Assembly (NCBI GenBank): GCA_963797145.1 | Contig: CAWCOJ010000009.1 | Span: forward strand, 12,424-76,423 | Reading direction: 5' to 3' | Source of the DNA: an uncultured Actinomycetota bacterium | Lineage (GTDB): Bacteria > Actinomycetota > Actinomycetes > Mycobacteriales > Nakamurellaceae | DNA: 64,000 bases | Shown: positions 1-8,882 of the stretch, one piece after another | How the letters are laid out: every line of letters starts with the position of its first letter | Position numbering within the stretch: position 1 is the first letter of the stretch | Program-made: the position numbers and the translations under genes | Notes under the pieces: generated by a model | Seen by the model: the letters and a program-made list of their open reading frames with translations, nothing else | The model's database searches: none | What the model was told of the DNA's origin: nothing

Positions 1-278
1 ATCGGGACCGAGATCCGGGTGTTGTTGAGGCTGATCGGCCCCACCGAGACGCTGCGCGACTGCCGCTGCACGGTCGTCTCCGGCTGCTCGTTGCTGGGTC
101 GATGCTGCGGCGGCTGTCGCAAAGCCCTTCCGACAGCTGCGTTTCCTGCTGCCCGTTGCAGGGCGAGGATGCCGAGTGGTCCGAGCGCAGCCGGGCCGGC
201 CGACGACGACGCGGTGGGACGAGCGTGGGCGTCGTGGCGGGTCACCGAGTCGTCGGCCGGCAGGCCCTGCTCGAACAT
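1..278 (-). CDS. 5' part of a gene running off the window; N-terminus resembles eCIS/DUF4157-associated effector leaders
   Basis: Manual translation from ATG at 278: MFEQGLPADD...GILALQRAAGNAAVGRALRQPPQ...ETTVQRQSRSVSVGPISLNNTRISVP, open to the window edge. Absent from the ORF track because no stop is reached. Confidence 0.7.
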   Translation of the reverse strand, partial: MFEQGLPADDSVTRHDAHARPTASSSAGPAALGPLGILALQRAAGNAAVGRALRQPPQHRPSNEQPETTVQRQSRSVSVGPISLNNTRISVP

Positions 279-454
279 CGCCACTGGACGGTCCGTTCTG
301 CTGACCCGGGGAGTGTCCTGTTGGCTACATGATCATCGAGGACCTCCGACCCGACCAGCCCCGCAAGGGCAGCCAACGGAACCGATCAGCTGCCCGAACG
401 GGCATCCATGACTGTGCCGCGCCCATCGGCGGTCTGCGCGATCCGCCCGGGTCG

Positions 455-1897
455 TCAGCCGTCACATTCGTCCGCGGCGGCCGGGCAGATCGCCGGTGCC
501 GGCCCGGTGCCGAGCGCCGCCGTCCACAGTGCCCTGTTCGGCTCGGCCCAGGGCATCGCCTCCAGCACCTCCAGCGGGTCCCGGCCGAGCAGCATCGAAT
601 ACCGCGCCGCGACACTCGGCGTCCGGCTGCGGCCCTCGACGCAGTGCAGCAACACGACTTTGCCTTCGTCACGCAAGGCCTTGACGGTGCGGGCGGCGTC
701 ATCGAGGACGAAGTCGAGGTTCGGGTTCGCCTCCGGTCCGGCGTCGACCAGCCACATCTCGACATGCTCGACGCCGAGGTCGGCGGATCCCATGCGGCAC
801 AGGCTGACCACCGCGTCATAGCCGCCGTCGGCCACCGCGCCGACACCGCCGACCAGCAACCCGGGATCGTGCGGATGCACCCCACTCTGCCCCGTCGCCC
901 ACCCCGAGTAGTCCACGGTCGGTGCCGTCGGCCAGCCCTGCTCATCCGGCCGTCCGCCGCGGGCGGTCAACACCGCCAGCTCGAGCAGGTCGCGGGCCCG
1001 CAGGCCCGGCCAGCCGTGCAGCATCCGCCGCCACCGGGCCGGCACCGCCGACCCGCCCCAGCGCGCGCCGAGCAGGCCGCCGGCGATCGCCGCGGTGGTG
1101 TCGGTGTCGTGCCCGGCACGCACGGCCAGCTCCAGCGCCCGTTGCAGGTGCTCAGGCCCGGAGTCGTCGGCATGGGTGATGGCCCACCAGACCGTCTGCA
1201 GCGACTGCACCACCCAGCCGTTGTTGGGGAAGTCCTGCGGCGAGCCGGTTTCCGCCTGATCCAGGAGCGGCCCCCAGAACCCGGCCTCCTCCGCCGGGGC
1301 CCGGTCAAGGTACCCGCGCACGCCGTCGAAGGTGCCGTGCAGCACCGCGTGCCGGATCGCCGACGACCACAGCCGGCAGGCCTGGGTGGCCCGGTCGTCG
1401 TCATGGGTCAACGTGGCCACTGCGGTCGCGGCATCCAGGCAGCCCTGCTCGTCGGCCAGGTAGGCGATGCCGATCGGCGCAGTCCGCATCAGCGACCCGT
1501 TGCCGCCCTTGCGCCCGATCAGCGACCGTGCCCTGGCCTGCATCTCGGCCCCGGTCGGGTCCCGGTGGGCGAGCACCGCGCGGGTCTGGTTGCCGATGTC
1601 CTTGGGCCCCGAGTCGTACCACTCGACGAACCCGGCGGCCACCGCGTCCAGACCTGCCGCAGTCCGGACGTCCAGACCGGTTGCCGTGACCCGGGCGATG
1701 GCCAGCGCCATCGCGGTGTCATCGGTCCACTCCCCCGGCTCGAATGCTCCGATGCCGCCGCCGATCATCTCGATCGGGGTCGACGGCGACGGGTAGCTGA
1801 ACTCGTAGCCGGCGCCGAGCGCGTCGCCGGCCGCGGAGCCCAGCAGCGCACCGACCGCCCGGTCCAGCTCGATCGACGTCAGCTGCGGAGCGCTCAT
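455..1897 (-). CDS. ADP-ribosylglycohydrolase fused to a C-terminal dual-specificity/tyrosine phosphatase-like domain
   Basis: GDALG, WTDDT, GNGSLMR and DTDT motifs of the ARH/DraG family; C-terminal HCVEGRSR (CX5R) P-loop. ATG at 1897, alternative GTG at 1942. Confidence 0.9.
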   Translation of the reverse strand: MSAPQLTSIELDRAVGALLGSAAGDALGAGYEFSYPSPSTPIEMIGGGIGAFEPGEWTDDTAMALAIARVTATGLDVRTAAGLDAVAAGFVEWYDSGPKDIGNQTRAVLAHRDPTGAEMQARARSLIGRKGGNGSLMRTAPIGIAYLADEQGCLDAATAVATLTHDDDRATQACRLWSSAIRHAVLHGTFDGVRGYLDRAPAEEAGFWGPLLDQAETGSPQDFPNNGWVVQSLQTVWWAITHADDSGPEHLQRALELAVRAGHDTDTTAAIAGGLLGARWGGSAVPARWRRMLHGWPGLRARDLLELAVLTARGGRPDEQGWPTAPTVDYSGWATGQSGVHPHDPGLLVGGVGAVADGGYDAVVSLCRMGSADLGVEHVEMWLVDAGPEANPNLDFVLDDAARTVKALRDEGKVVLLHCVEGRSRTPSVAARYSMLLGRDPLEVLEAMPWAEPNRALWTAALGTGPAPAICPAAADECDG

Positions 1898-2042
1898 GCC
1901 GACATCATCGTCGGTTGCGGTGGAGTGATCGCCGTCGGGCACACGAACTCCCGCGCACCGTCGGCCGGTGTCGGGACGGCGTCAAGGAACGCGGGTCCAG
2001 CCGCGCTCGGCCACGATCCGGATCCCGATCCCGCGGAGTGGG

Positions 2043-4982
2043 TCACCGGTGCTGGTGACGTCCCGGCCGGCGCCGACGCGCGGCGATCATGAGTACTGCA
2101 CCCGCGAGCACCAGGGCTGCCCCGGCGAGGATTGCCCCGAGACCCACAGAGGACCCGGTCGCGGGCAGATCGCCGCCGTTGTCGCCGGGTGTCGTCGGCG
2201 TGAGCGGCGGCGCCGACATCGCCGAGGTGTCCGACGCGGAGCTGGTGGTGGCCGCGGTGCTCGTGCTGCCGCTGGCCGTGGTCGTAGATCCGGAAGTGGG
2301 CGAGACCGTCGTTCCCGGGCTCGTGGGGGCCGCCGAACTCGTCGACCCGGACGCCGTGGTCGTGTCACTGCTCGTGATGGCCGTCCGAGTGGACGACGTT
2401 GTCGTGGAAGCCGCCTCCGCCAGCACCTGCACGGAGGTCGGTGCACCCTGGCCGCCGTCCTTGTCGGTCGCGGTGAACGCGGCGCCGAAGGAGCCCGCGG
2501 CCGTGTAGGTGTGGGTCACCGGCGGATCGGCGGGTCCGACCAGGCTCTCGACGGGTGAGCCGTCGCCCCAGTCGATGGTGTAGCTGAAGTCGGCCGCCAT
2601 GTCGGCCGAGGACGGGTCGTCCGCTCCGACCTTGATGGTGAACGGCACGCCGACCGTGGCCGTGAGTCCTCCGGTGAGCACGGAGATCGGCGCGGTGTTG
2701 GTCACCTGCAGGTCGACCGTGTCGGTAGCGGACCGGCCGGCCTCGGTGACCTCGAGCGTGACGGTGTGGGTCGCCGGGCCGTCGTCGATCCCGAGGGCCT
2801 CCAGCTCGGTCCAGGTCAGCGTCGGCGCCGCACCGGTGGCGTCGGTGAAGTCACCGTCGCCGTTGAGGTCCCACGCGTAGCCGGCGCCGCTGGTGGAGCC
2901 GGACGCGTCGAGCGTCAGGCTCGCGCCCTCGGCGACCGTGTACGGGCCGCCGGCATCGGCGACCGGATCCACGGCCTGGTCCAGGTCGTCGGAACTGGAC
3001 GACAGCTCGGCGGTCCCGCTGAACGCCGCGGAGATCGGGTGCGTCCCGACCGTCAACGCCGACGTGGTCAACGTCGCCGTCCCCGCCGCATCCACCGGCA
3101 CCGCACCACCCAGGTTCGAGCCCCCGTCAGAGAACTGCACCGACCCGGCCGTCACCGGCGCACCACCGGCGGTCACCGTCGCCGTGAACGTCACCGAACC
3201 CCCCACCACCGACGGATTCACCGACGACGACAACACCGTGGTCGACGCCTGCTGACCGACCACCTGCGACACATCGCCCGAACTCGGCTGCAACGACGAC
3301 GTCCCGCCGTAGCCCGCGGAGATCGGATGCGTCCCCACCGTCAACGCCGACGTCGTGAACGTCGCCGTCCCCGCCGCATCCACCGGCACCGCACCACCCA
3401 GGTTCGAGCCCCCATCAGAAAACTGCACCGACCCGGCCGACACCGGCGCACCACCGGCGGTCACCGTCGCCGTGAACGTCACCGAACCCCCCACCACCGA
3501 CGGATTCACCGACGACGACAACACCGTCGCTGTCGGCGCCGTCGACTCGATGGTGAGGCACCAGCCGTTCGCGATCGAACCGCTGTCCCCGGTGGCGTCG
3601 TCGACCACCCACAGGCTCCATACACCGTTGCCTGTGGCCCCGTTGAACGTCGAGAGCGTGGTCGCGGCGCTCGGCGACGGCGCGGGAGCGGGGAAGGTGT
3701 CCACCTGACCGTCCGGGTCCAGATCGGTCGGCCGGAACGTGCCGGTGACTGCCGGCGCGGGCACCGGGCCGGCCGCAGCGTCGTCGAAGGTCAGATTCAG
3801 GTTGCTCACCGCAGCTTGGCCGCCGGCGTCGCTGAGCAGGACCAGGTTGGTGGTCGGCTGCGGCCCCGAGAGCAGCACGTCGAAGTCGATGGGCGCCGAA
3901 TGGGAGAGGCCCTTGAGCGTGGCGGTCACCTTCGTCACCGGACCACCCAGGCCGGACACGGTGATGTGCGACGGGTAGGGCTGGGCGGCGCCGGCCGCCG
4001 GCGGCGTGATCGGTCCGGTGTTGCAGTAGGTGTTGCCGTCGACGACCGTCTGGTTGTCCACCCGTTGGGTGACGGTGCCGTTGCTGGTCAGGAAGCCGGG
4101 GGCGCCGCTGAAGGTGGCCCGGATCGAGTGGGTGCCCTCGGTGAGCGCCGATGTGGTCAGCGACGCCACCCCCGAGCCGCTGAGCGCCACCGGCGCACCG
4201 AGTGCGGTCGTTCCGTCGCTGAACTGCACCGACCCGACCGAGACCGGGCTGCCCGCGGCCGTGACGGTCGCGCTGAAGGTCACCGGAGCACCGGTGGTCG
4301 ACGGCGACCCGGACGTCGTGACGGTGGTCGAGGTGGCCACCGCCGCGACCTCGGTGGTGATGATCAGGCTCCAGCCGCCGGCCATCGTCCCGACGTCGCC
4401 GGTGGCGTCGTCAACGGCGTACAGATGCCAGGTGCCGTTCGGGTTGATGCCGGAAAACGCTCCCGCCAACGTCGTCTGGGTCGACGGGCTCGGCGCCGGT
4501 GCCGGGAAGTTGTCCCCGCCCCCGTTGTTCGTCGGACGGTAGGTCCCGGTGGGGACGTTGCCGGTGGGCACCGGTCCGGCGGCCGAGTCGGAGAAGGTCA
4601 GGGTGGCGTTGTTGGCGAAGGCCAGGGTGGTGGTCGGATCGCCGATGTCGGAGAGCACCACGAGGTTCTCTCCGGTCGGTGCCACCACCATCGCGTCGAT
4701 GTCGTTGAGCGTGGAGTGGGTGAGTCCGTTGAACCGCACCTGCACCGTGGTGACCAGCCCGGCCATACCGGTGACCGGGATGTCGGACGGATACGGACTG
4801 GCCGGCCCGATCTGATTGGCCGATCCGGTCGCCGGGATGGCGATCGCCGCGGTGTTGGAGAACGTGCTGGGGCCGTCAGCGGCCGCGCCAGGTACAACAC
4901 TGACGGCCACGAGCACGGTGACGGCGGCGACCGATCCCCACCTGGCCACAGCGGATCGAGAGAGACCATGCACCACGGCCAT
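2043..4982 (-). CDS. Sortase-anchored surface protein with two proprotein-convertase P-like domains, three Ig-like (Big_3-type) repeats, PKD-like domains and a Ser/Thr stalk
   Basis: Signal peptide ending AAA-D; repeated PYPS..V.G..G.VT.V...L.H modules; repeated VTFTATVTAGG..VQFSDG; YAWDLNGDG and IDWGDG motifs; LPATG followed by a hydrophobic helix and RRRR tail. Confidence 0.85.
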   Translation of the reverse strand: MAVVHGLSRSAVARWGSVAAVTVLVAVSVVPGAAADGPSTFSNTAAIAIPATGSANQIGPASPYPSDIPVTGMAGLVTTVQVRFNGLTHSTLNDIDAMVVAPTGENLVVLSDIGDPTTTLAFANNATLTFSDSAAGPVPTGNVPTGTYRPTNNGGGDNFPAPAPSPSTQTTLAGAFSGINPNGTWHLYAVDDATGDVGTMAGGWSLIITTEVAAVATSTTVTTSGSPSTTGAPVTFSATVTAAGSPVSVGSVQFSDGTTALGAPVALSGSGVASLTTSALTEGTHSIRATFSGAPGFLTSNGTVTQRVDNQTVVDGNTYCNTGPITPPAAGAAQPYPSHITVSGLGGPVTKVTATLKGLSHSAPIDFDVLLSGPQPTTNLVLLSDAGGQAAVSNLNLTFDDAAAGPVPAPAVTGTFRPTDLDPDGQVDTFPAPAPSPSAATTLSTFNGATGNGVWSLWVVDDATGDSGSIANGWCLTIESTAPTATVLSSSVNPSVVGGSVTFTATVTAGGAPVSAGSVQFSDGGSNLGGAVPVDAAGTATFTTSALTVGTHPISAGYGGTSSLQPSSGDVSQVVGQQASTTVLSSSVNPSVVGGSVTFTATVTAGGAPVTAGSVQFSDGGSNLGGAVPVDAAGTATLTTSALTVGTHPISAAFSGTAELSSSSDDLDQAVDPVADAGGPYTVAEGASLTLDASGSTSGAGYAWDLNGDGDFTDATGAAPTLTWTELEALGIDDGPATHTVTLEVTEAGRSATDTVDLQVTNTAPISVLTGGLTATVGVPFTIKVGADDPSSADMAADFSYTIDWGDGSPVESLVGPADPPVTHTYTAAGSFGAAFTATDKDGGQGAPTSVQVLAEAASTTTSSTRTAITSSDTTTASGSTSSAAPTSPGTTVSPTSGSTTTASGSTSTAATTSSASDTSAMSAPPLTPTTPGDNGGDLPATGSSVGLGAILAGAALVLAGAVLMIAARRRRPGRHQHR
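3027..3527. repeat. Intragenic tandem duplication (period 288 bp) of an Ig-like domain
   Basis: 3027-3239 and 3315-3527 are near-identical at DNA level. Confidence 0.9.
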
Positions 4983-5062
4983 GCGACGTCCTCCGAGCTG
5001 CGCGGGAGGGCAGGGGTCCGCGGTCGCGGCTGCTCCGTGGGGCAAAGGCTAAGCCCGAAAGG

Positions 5063-5087
5063 TCCGATCTGGAAGGTCCAGATCGGA
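5063..5087. promoter_or_regulatory. Perfect 11-bp inverted repeat between divergent genes; candidate operator
   Basis: TCCGATCTGGA-agg-TCCAGATCGGA, just upstream of a minus-strand TAGCCT -10-like hexamer (5046-5051). Confidence 0.5.
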
Positions 5088-5201
5088 AAGGCGACGCCGC
5101 TTCGGCCGTCGGCCCCGGGTCGGGGCGGTGGTCGAGCTCCGGTCGCCGGGGTGAACAGTGTGTCCTGACGGTGATGTCGAGTCGACAGAGTGGAGTGCGC
5201 A

Positions 5202-6155
5202 ATGAGGAGTGTCGATCTGGGTGGCCTGCAGGTGTCGGCGCAGGGCCTCGGTTGCATGGGGATGAGCCAGCATTACGGCCCCACCGACTGGGACGAGTCG
5301 GTCGCCACCATCCACCGTGCGCTGGACCTGGGCGTCACGTTCCTGGACACCGCGAACGTGTACGGGCAGGGCCACAACGAGGTGCTGGTCGGCCGGGCCA
5401 TCCACGACCGCCGGGACCGGGTCCAACTGGCGACGAAGTTCGGTATCGACCGGGACGTCGAGGCATCGAAGCGGGTGATCCACGGCAAGGCGGCCTATGT
5501 CAAGGCCTGCTGCGAGGACTCCCTGCTGCGGCTCGGGGTCGACGTGATCGACCTGTACTACCTGCACCGCCCGCCGGACGACGCCGAGATCGAGGAGACG
5601 GTCGGGGCCATGGCCGATCTGGTCCGCGACGGCAAGGTCCGCTACCTCGGTCTGTCGGAAGTGGATGACGGACTGCTCCGCCGTGCCCACGCGGTGCACC
5701 CGATCACCGCGGTGCAGAGCGAGTACTCCTTGTGGACAAGGGATCCGGAGACGACGGTGCTGTCCGCGCTGCGCGAGCTGGGCATCGCATTGGTACCGTT
5801 CTCGCCGCTCGGGCGCGGGATGCTGACCGCCGCCCTGAACGAGACCCATTTCGCCGCAGGCGACTTCCGTTCCCGGCTGCCGCGCTACACCGGCGAGGCC
5901 AGGGCGGCGAACCAGGCCACCGTCGACACCGTGGTCGAGGTGGCGCAGCGGCACGGGGTCACCCCGGCGCAGGTCGCATTGGCCTGGGTGCACGGCCGGT
6001 CGAGCGCGCTGGGCGTTCCCGTCGTGCCTATCCCCGGCACGAAGCGGGTCCGCTACCTCGAGGAGAACATCGCCGCCCTCGACGTCTCATTGACCGCCGA
6101 AGATCTCGCGGCGCTGGACCGGTTGAGCGACCAGGTGGTCGGGGCCCGGTACTGA
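5202..6155 (+). CDS. Aldo/keto reductase
   Basis: GLGCMGMS, DTANVYG, ATKFG, DLYYLHR, PIPGTKR motifs. Confidence 0.95.
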   Translation: MRSVDLGGLQVSAQGLGCMGMSQHYGPTDWDESVATIHRALDLGVTFLDTANVYGQGHNEVLVGRAIHDRRDRVQLATKFGIDRDVEASKRVIHGKAAYVKACCEDSLLRLGVDVIDLYYLHRPPDDAEIEETVGAMADLVRDGKVRYLGLSEVDDGLLRRAHAVHPITAVQSEYSLWTRDPETTVLSALRELGIALVPFSPLGRGMLTAALNETHFAAGDFRSRLPRYTGEARAANQATVDTVVEVAQRHGVTPAQVALAWVHGRSSALGVPVVPIPGTKRVRYLEENIAALDVSLTAEDLAALDRLSDQVVGARY

Positions 6156-6335
6156 CAGCCGGGCCGATGACCGGCTGACCCGACGGGCTGAGTGAGCCTG
6201 GAACAGTCGATTGTCCCAAGGCGGGACGGCCGGCGTGTGCGATGACACCCGGTGGCCGTCCCGATCACCACGAAAGGCCTTGCCGCCCGCGGGCATGCGG
6301 CCTAACATTCCCCCGACTCGCCGCCGGGAGGCGCC

Positions 6336-7217
6336 ATGGAGATCCGCCCGTTCACCCCAGCCGACCTGGATGCCGTGCTGGATCTGAGCGTCTCCCGGAT
6401 GCCCCATCTGACCCGCGCGGAAATGGCCCGCACTCTCACCGATCCGGCCGTGACCTTCGCACCTTCACTGGTAGCTGTTGACGGTCGGGGCGAGGTCGTC
6501 GGACGGGGGTTCCTGGCCAGCACTCCGTTCCTCGACGACGACCGGCGGATGGCCAGGATCCAGGTCGCTCACCGGATCGAAGGGCAGGGCGTCGCGAGTC
6601 GACTGGCGGCCATCCTGCGAGAGCACCTTGATCCAACGGTGACAGCGGTGGTCAGCAGTGTGTTGGACGACGACGCCCACAGCCTGGCCGTCGCGGAGCA
6701 TTGGGGTTTCCAGCGGGTGATGCACGGGATCGCTTCCGCGCTCGTCTTCGATGATCTGCCGGTCCCCACCGTGGTGCCCGGCGTCACGTTCGAGGTTCTC
6801 GACGTGACTCCACCCGAACAGGACGCCGCTCTCGACGCCTTCCTTCTCCGTGCCGACACCGCGCCGGAGGCGGCCCACGGCTTCCGCATGCGGGCCGCTC
6901 CGCTGCGAGAGTCGATGAACCATCAGGGAACACCGGTGACGGTCCTGGCACGCGTTGGCGAGCAGCCGGTGGGGCTGGCCGCAGCCTCGGTCGTCGGCGA
7001 GCTGATGATCATGGAGTACCTCTGCGTCGACCCGGACCATCGGCGCCGCGGTATTGCCCGGGCGCTCAAGGAGCGCCTGCACGAAGGCGCTCGCGCCCGA
7101 GGCGCCCGGCGGGTCGACACCCTGAACGAAGAGGGCAACGTCGCAGTACGGAACCTCAATGCCCGCTTGGGCTTTCAACGGGTCTGGGGCGAGTACCGGG
7201 TGACCTGGCAGCGTTGA
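6336..7217 (+). CDS. Tandem GNAT family N-acetyltransferase
   Basis: Two motif-A segments (EGQGVA, RRRGIA); N..VRNLNARLGF; RBS GGAGG. Confidence 0.85.
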   Translation: MEIRPFTPADLDAVLDLSVSRMPHLTRAEMARTLTDPAVTFAPSLVAVDGRGEVVGRGFLASTPFLDDDRRMARIQVAHRIEGQGVASRLAAILREHLDPTVTAVVSSVLDDDAHSLAVAEHWGFQRVMHGIASALVFDDLPVPTVVPGVTFEVLDVTPPEQDAALDAFLLRADTAPEAAHGFRMRAAPLRESMNHQGTPVTVLARVGEQPVGLAAASVVGELMIMEYLCVDPDHRRRGIARALKERLHEGARARGARRVDTLNEEGNVAVRNLNARLGFQRVWGEYRVTWQR

Positions 7218-7226
7218 GCGAGGCGA

Positions 7227-7745
7227 TCAGCAGCCGCACGACCCGTTCAGAGACCTGACGGTGAAGCACGCCGGGCAGGCGTCACCCCAGGCACCGGCTC
7301 GTGAGGTGCCACCGGAACCTCCGCCGGCGACGAAGTCCGGCAGTGGGACGAACGGGCGATCACGGTAGGCGACGTACGTCTTGCCGGCCCACGCGACACC
7401 CTGTCCGTCTTTCGCAACCGCGAGGTAGGAACGACTGTGCGGCACGTAGACAGTGTCGTGCTCGGCCAGCCGGAGCAGTCGGGCGAGTTCCGCCCGCACC
7501 GCGTGGTCCGCGTTGAAGTCCTCCAGGGCCGCTTCGATGGTGTCGTGGTACGTGCGCCCGACCCCGTCGATCTCGGCCTGGCACCACGAGCAGACATCCA
7601 TGGCGGACCGCACGATCGGGTTCGCCGGGGTCAGCGCAACGCCGACCACGTACGGGCAGGCCGGTATGTGCAGCCGCTGCCCGGTCGCCGTGTGGAACAG
7701 CTCCACCTGACCGGAAGAGATCTCCAGGGTGTCCAAGTCGTTCAT
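7227..7745 (-). CDS. Hypothetical protein with Cys/His clusters (possible Zn binding)
   Basis: LHIPACPY, CSWC and C-terminal CPAC...SCGC; typical codon bias. Confidence 0.7.
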   Translation of the reverse strand: MNDLDTLEISSGQVELFHTATGQRLHIPACPYVVGVALTPANPIVRSAMDVCSWCQAEIDGVGRTYHDTIEAALEDFNADHAVRAELARLLRLAEHDTVYVPHSRSYLAVAKDGQGVAWAGKTYVAYRDRPFVPLPDFVAGGGSGGTSRAGAWGDACPACFTVRSLNGSCGC

Positions 7746-7904
7746 AGCTTCTCGTCTCTCGCAGCGGCAGAGCCGCCCTTCGGTGTACGCCGAGAAGTAG
7801 AGCAGGGCGGTCCGACAGTCGCTGTCGGGGCAGGGAAGTGCACCGACGGTGCCCGTGAGCGTTCAAGGCGTCAATCACACCCGAACGAGCTCGGCACTAC
7901 TATC

Positions 7905-7920
7905 TCAAACTTTTGTTCGA
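7905..7920. promoter_or_regulatory. LexA (SOS) box, actinobacterial type
   Basis: TCAAAC-tttt-GTTCGA, one mismatch to TCGAAC-N4-GTTCGA, directly after a TACTAT -10 hexamer (7898-7903). Confidence 0.65.
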
Positions 7921-8165
7921 CATGACTGGAGCGGTTGACCGATTGACGGAGTACCTCCTGGAAGTTCCGCACCTCTCTGCGGCCGAGCCTTGCAGGCCCG
8001 ATACCCGGGGCGCCGTTGACCACGTCGGGCCCGACGAGCTCGGAGATCAGCGCGCCGACGGCCGCCGCCGTATCACGACTGGCACTCGTGGTGTCTTGTC
8101 TGCCAACGGCTGTATGTGGATCATGCGCAGTACAGGACGTTTTCGGCAGCACCGTAGGAGGAGCC

Positions 8166-8693
8166 GTGAGCGATTCAGGACCAATGGTCGAAGTCGCGCC
8201 GTTGCAGGGCCGCAACGGGCTGGCTGGATTCCTGCTGCTGGGACGCTGGCCCAAGGACACCGTGGAGTGGGCGCGGGTGCTGGTGCTCTCGGTGCGGATC
8301 GCTGCCGTGCCCGGCATGCTGCCGGTCAGCACGGTCTTCACCGTCGCCGACGACCTCCCCGACGGTCCGCATCCGTCCGCGGTGGGCATCGTCTCCGCCG
8401 TCGGCGCCCTCATCGGTGAGCACGCCATGACCCCCGGTCAACTGGCCCACCCGCGCCCGCACGGCGTGGTGATCCTGCACCCGCCGGGCAGCACCATCTC
8501 CTCCGTCCCGGAGTACGAGACCGCGTCGGGATGCGTCCTGCTCCCCGGCCTTCCGCATCTCGGCCTGGACGACCAGGCCGCCTGGGCCGAAGTCGATGTC
8601 AACGGCACCGTCACCCAGCTGATCAGCAGAGCCAGCGTCGACCCGTACAGCTACCCGGACACTGCAGCGCTTGCCACATTGCTGGCAGCCTGA
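8166..8693 (+). CDS. Conserved actinobacterial hypothetical protein (Rv2468c-like; often annotated as peptidase)
   Basis: GRWP..T.EWA, LHPP, ASGCVLLPGLP.LGL, DP.S.PDTA.LA.LLAA; RBS AGGAGGAG before GTG at 8166. Confidence 0.75.
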   Translation: MSDSGPMVEVAPLQGRNGLAGFLLLGRWPKDTVEWARVLVLSVRIAAVPGMLPVSTVFTVADDLPDGPHPSAVGIVSAVGALIGEHAMTPGQLAHPRPHGVVILHPPGSTISSVPEYETASGCVLLPGLPHLGLDDQAAWAEVDVNGTVTQLISRASVDPYSYPDTAALATLLAA

Positions 8694-8882
8694 CGCCCGC
8701 TCGTCCGAGCGGACAACATCCCGGCAGCTGCGTCGTCCCTTCCCACGATGGCGGGCGTTGCGGCCGTCCGTAGGGTGATCGGTGGCCGGCCTCCGCGGGC
8801 CGCGCCGCAGCTTGCGCACGGCCTGGGCGGCATCAGCGGCTCGCGGACGTGCGCGTCGGACTGCTGACGATGGGACCTGGAC

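Noticed and set aside
5035-5105. c-di-GMP-type riboswitch (GGCAAA...GAAA...GACGC)
   Set aside because: The second stem and conserved pairing could not be built; a simple inverted repeat explains the structure.
2766-5168. Long Arg/Pro/Gly-rich ORFs such as 2766-5168(+), 8175-10130(-), 45986-48226(+) and 56481-58910(+)
   Set aside because: Antisense or off-frame shadows of real genes, expected in high-GC DNA; no motifs. The exception is the first part of 45986-48226, which carries frameshifted fragments of the toxin and immunity genes.
7790-7820. PafBC promoter on the minus strand upstream of the 7745 gene
   Set aside because: TGTCGG is present but no TANNNT follows at 10-nt spacing.
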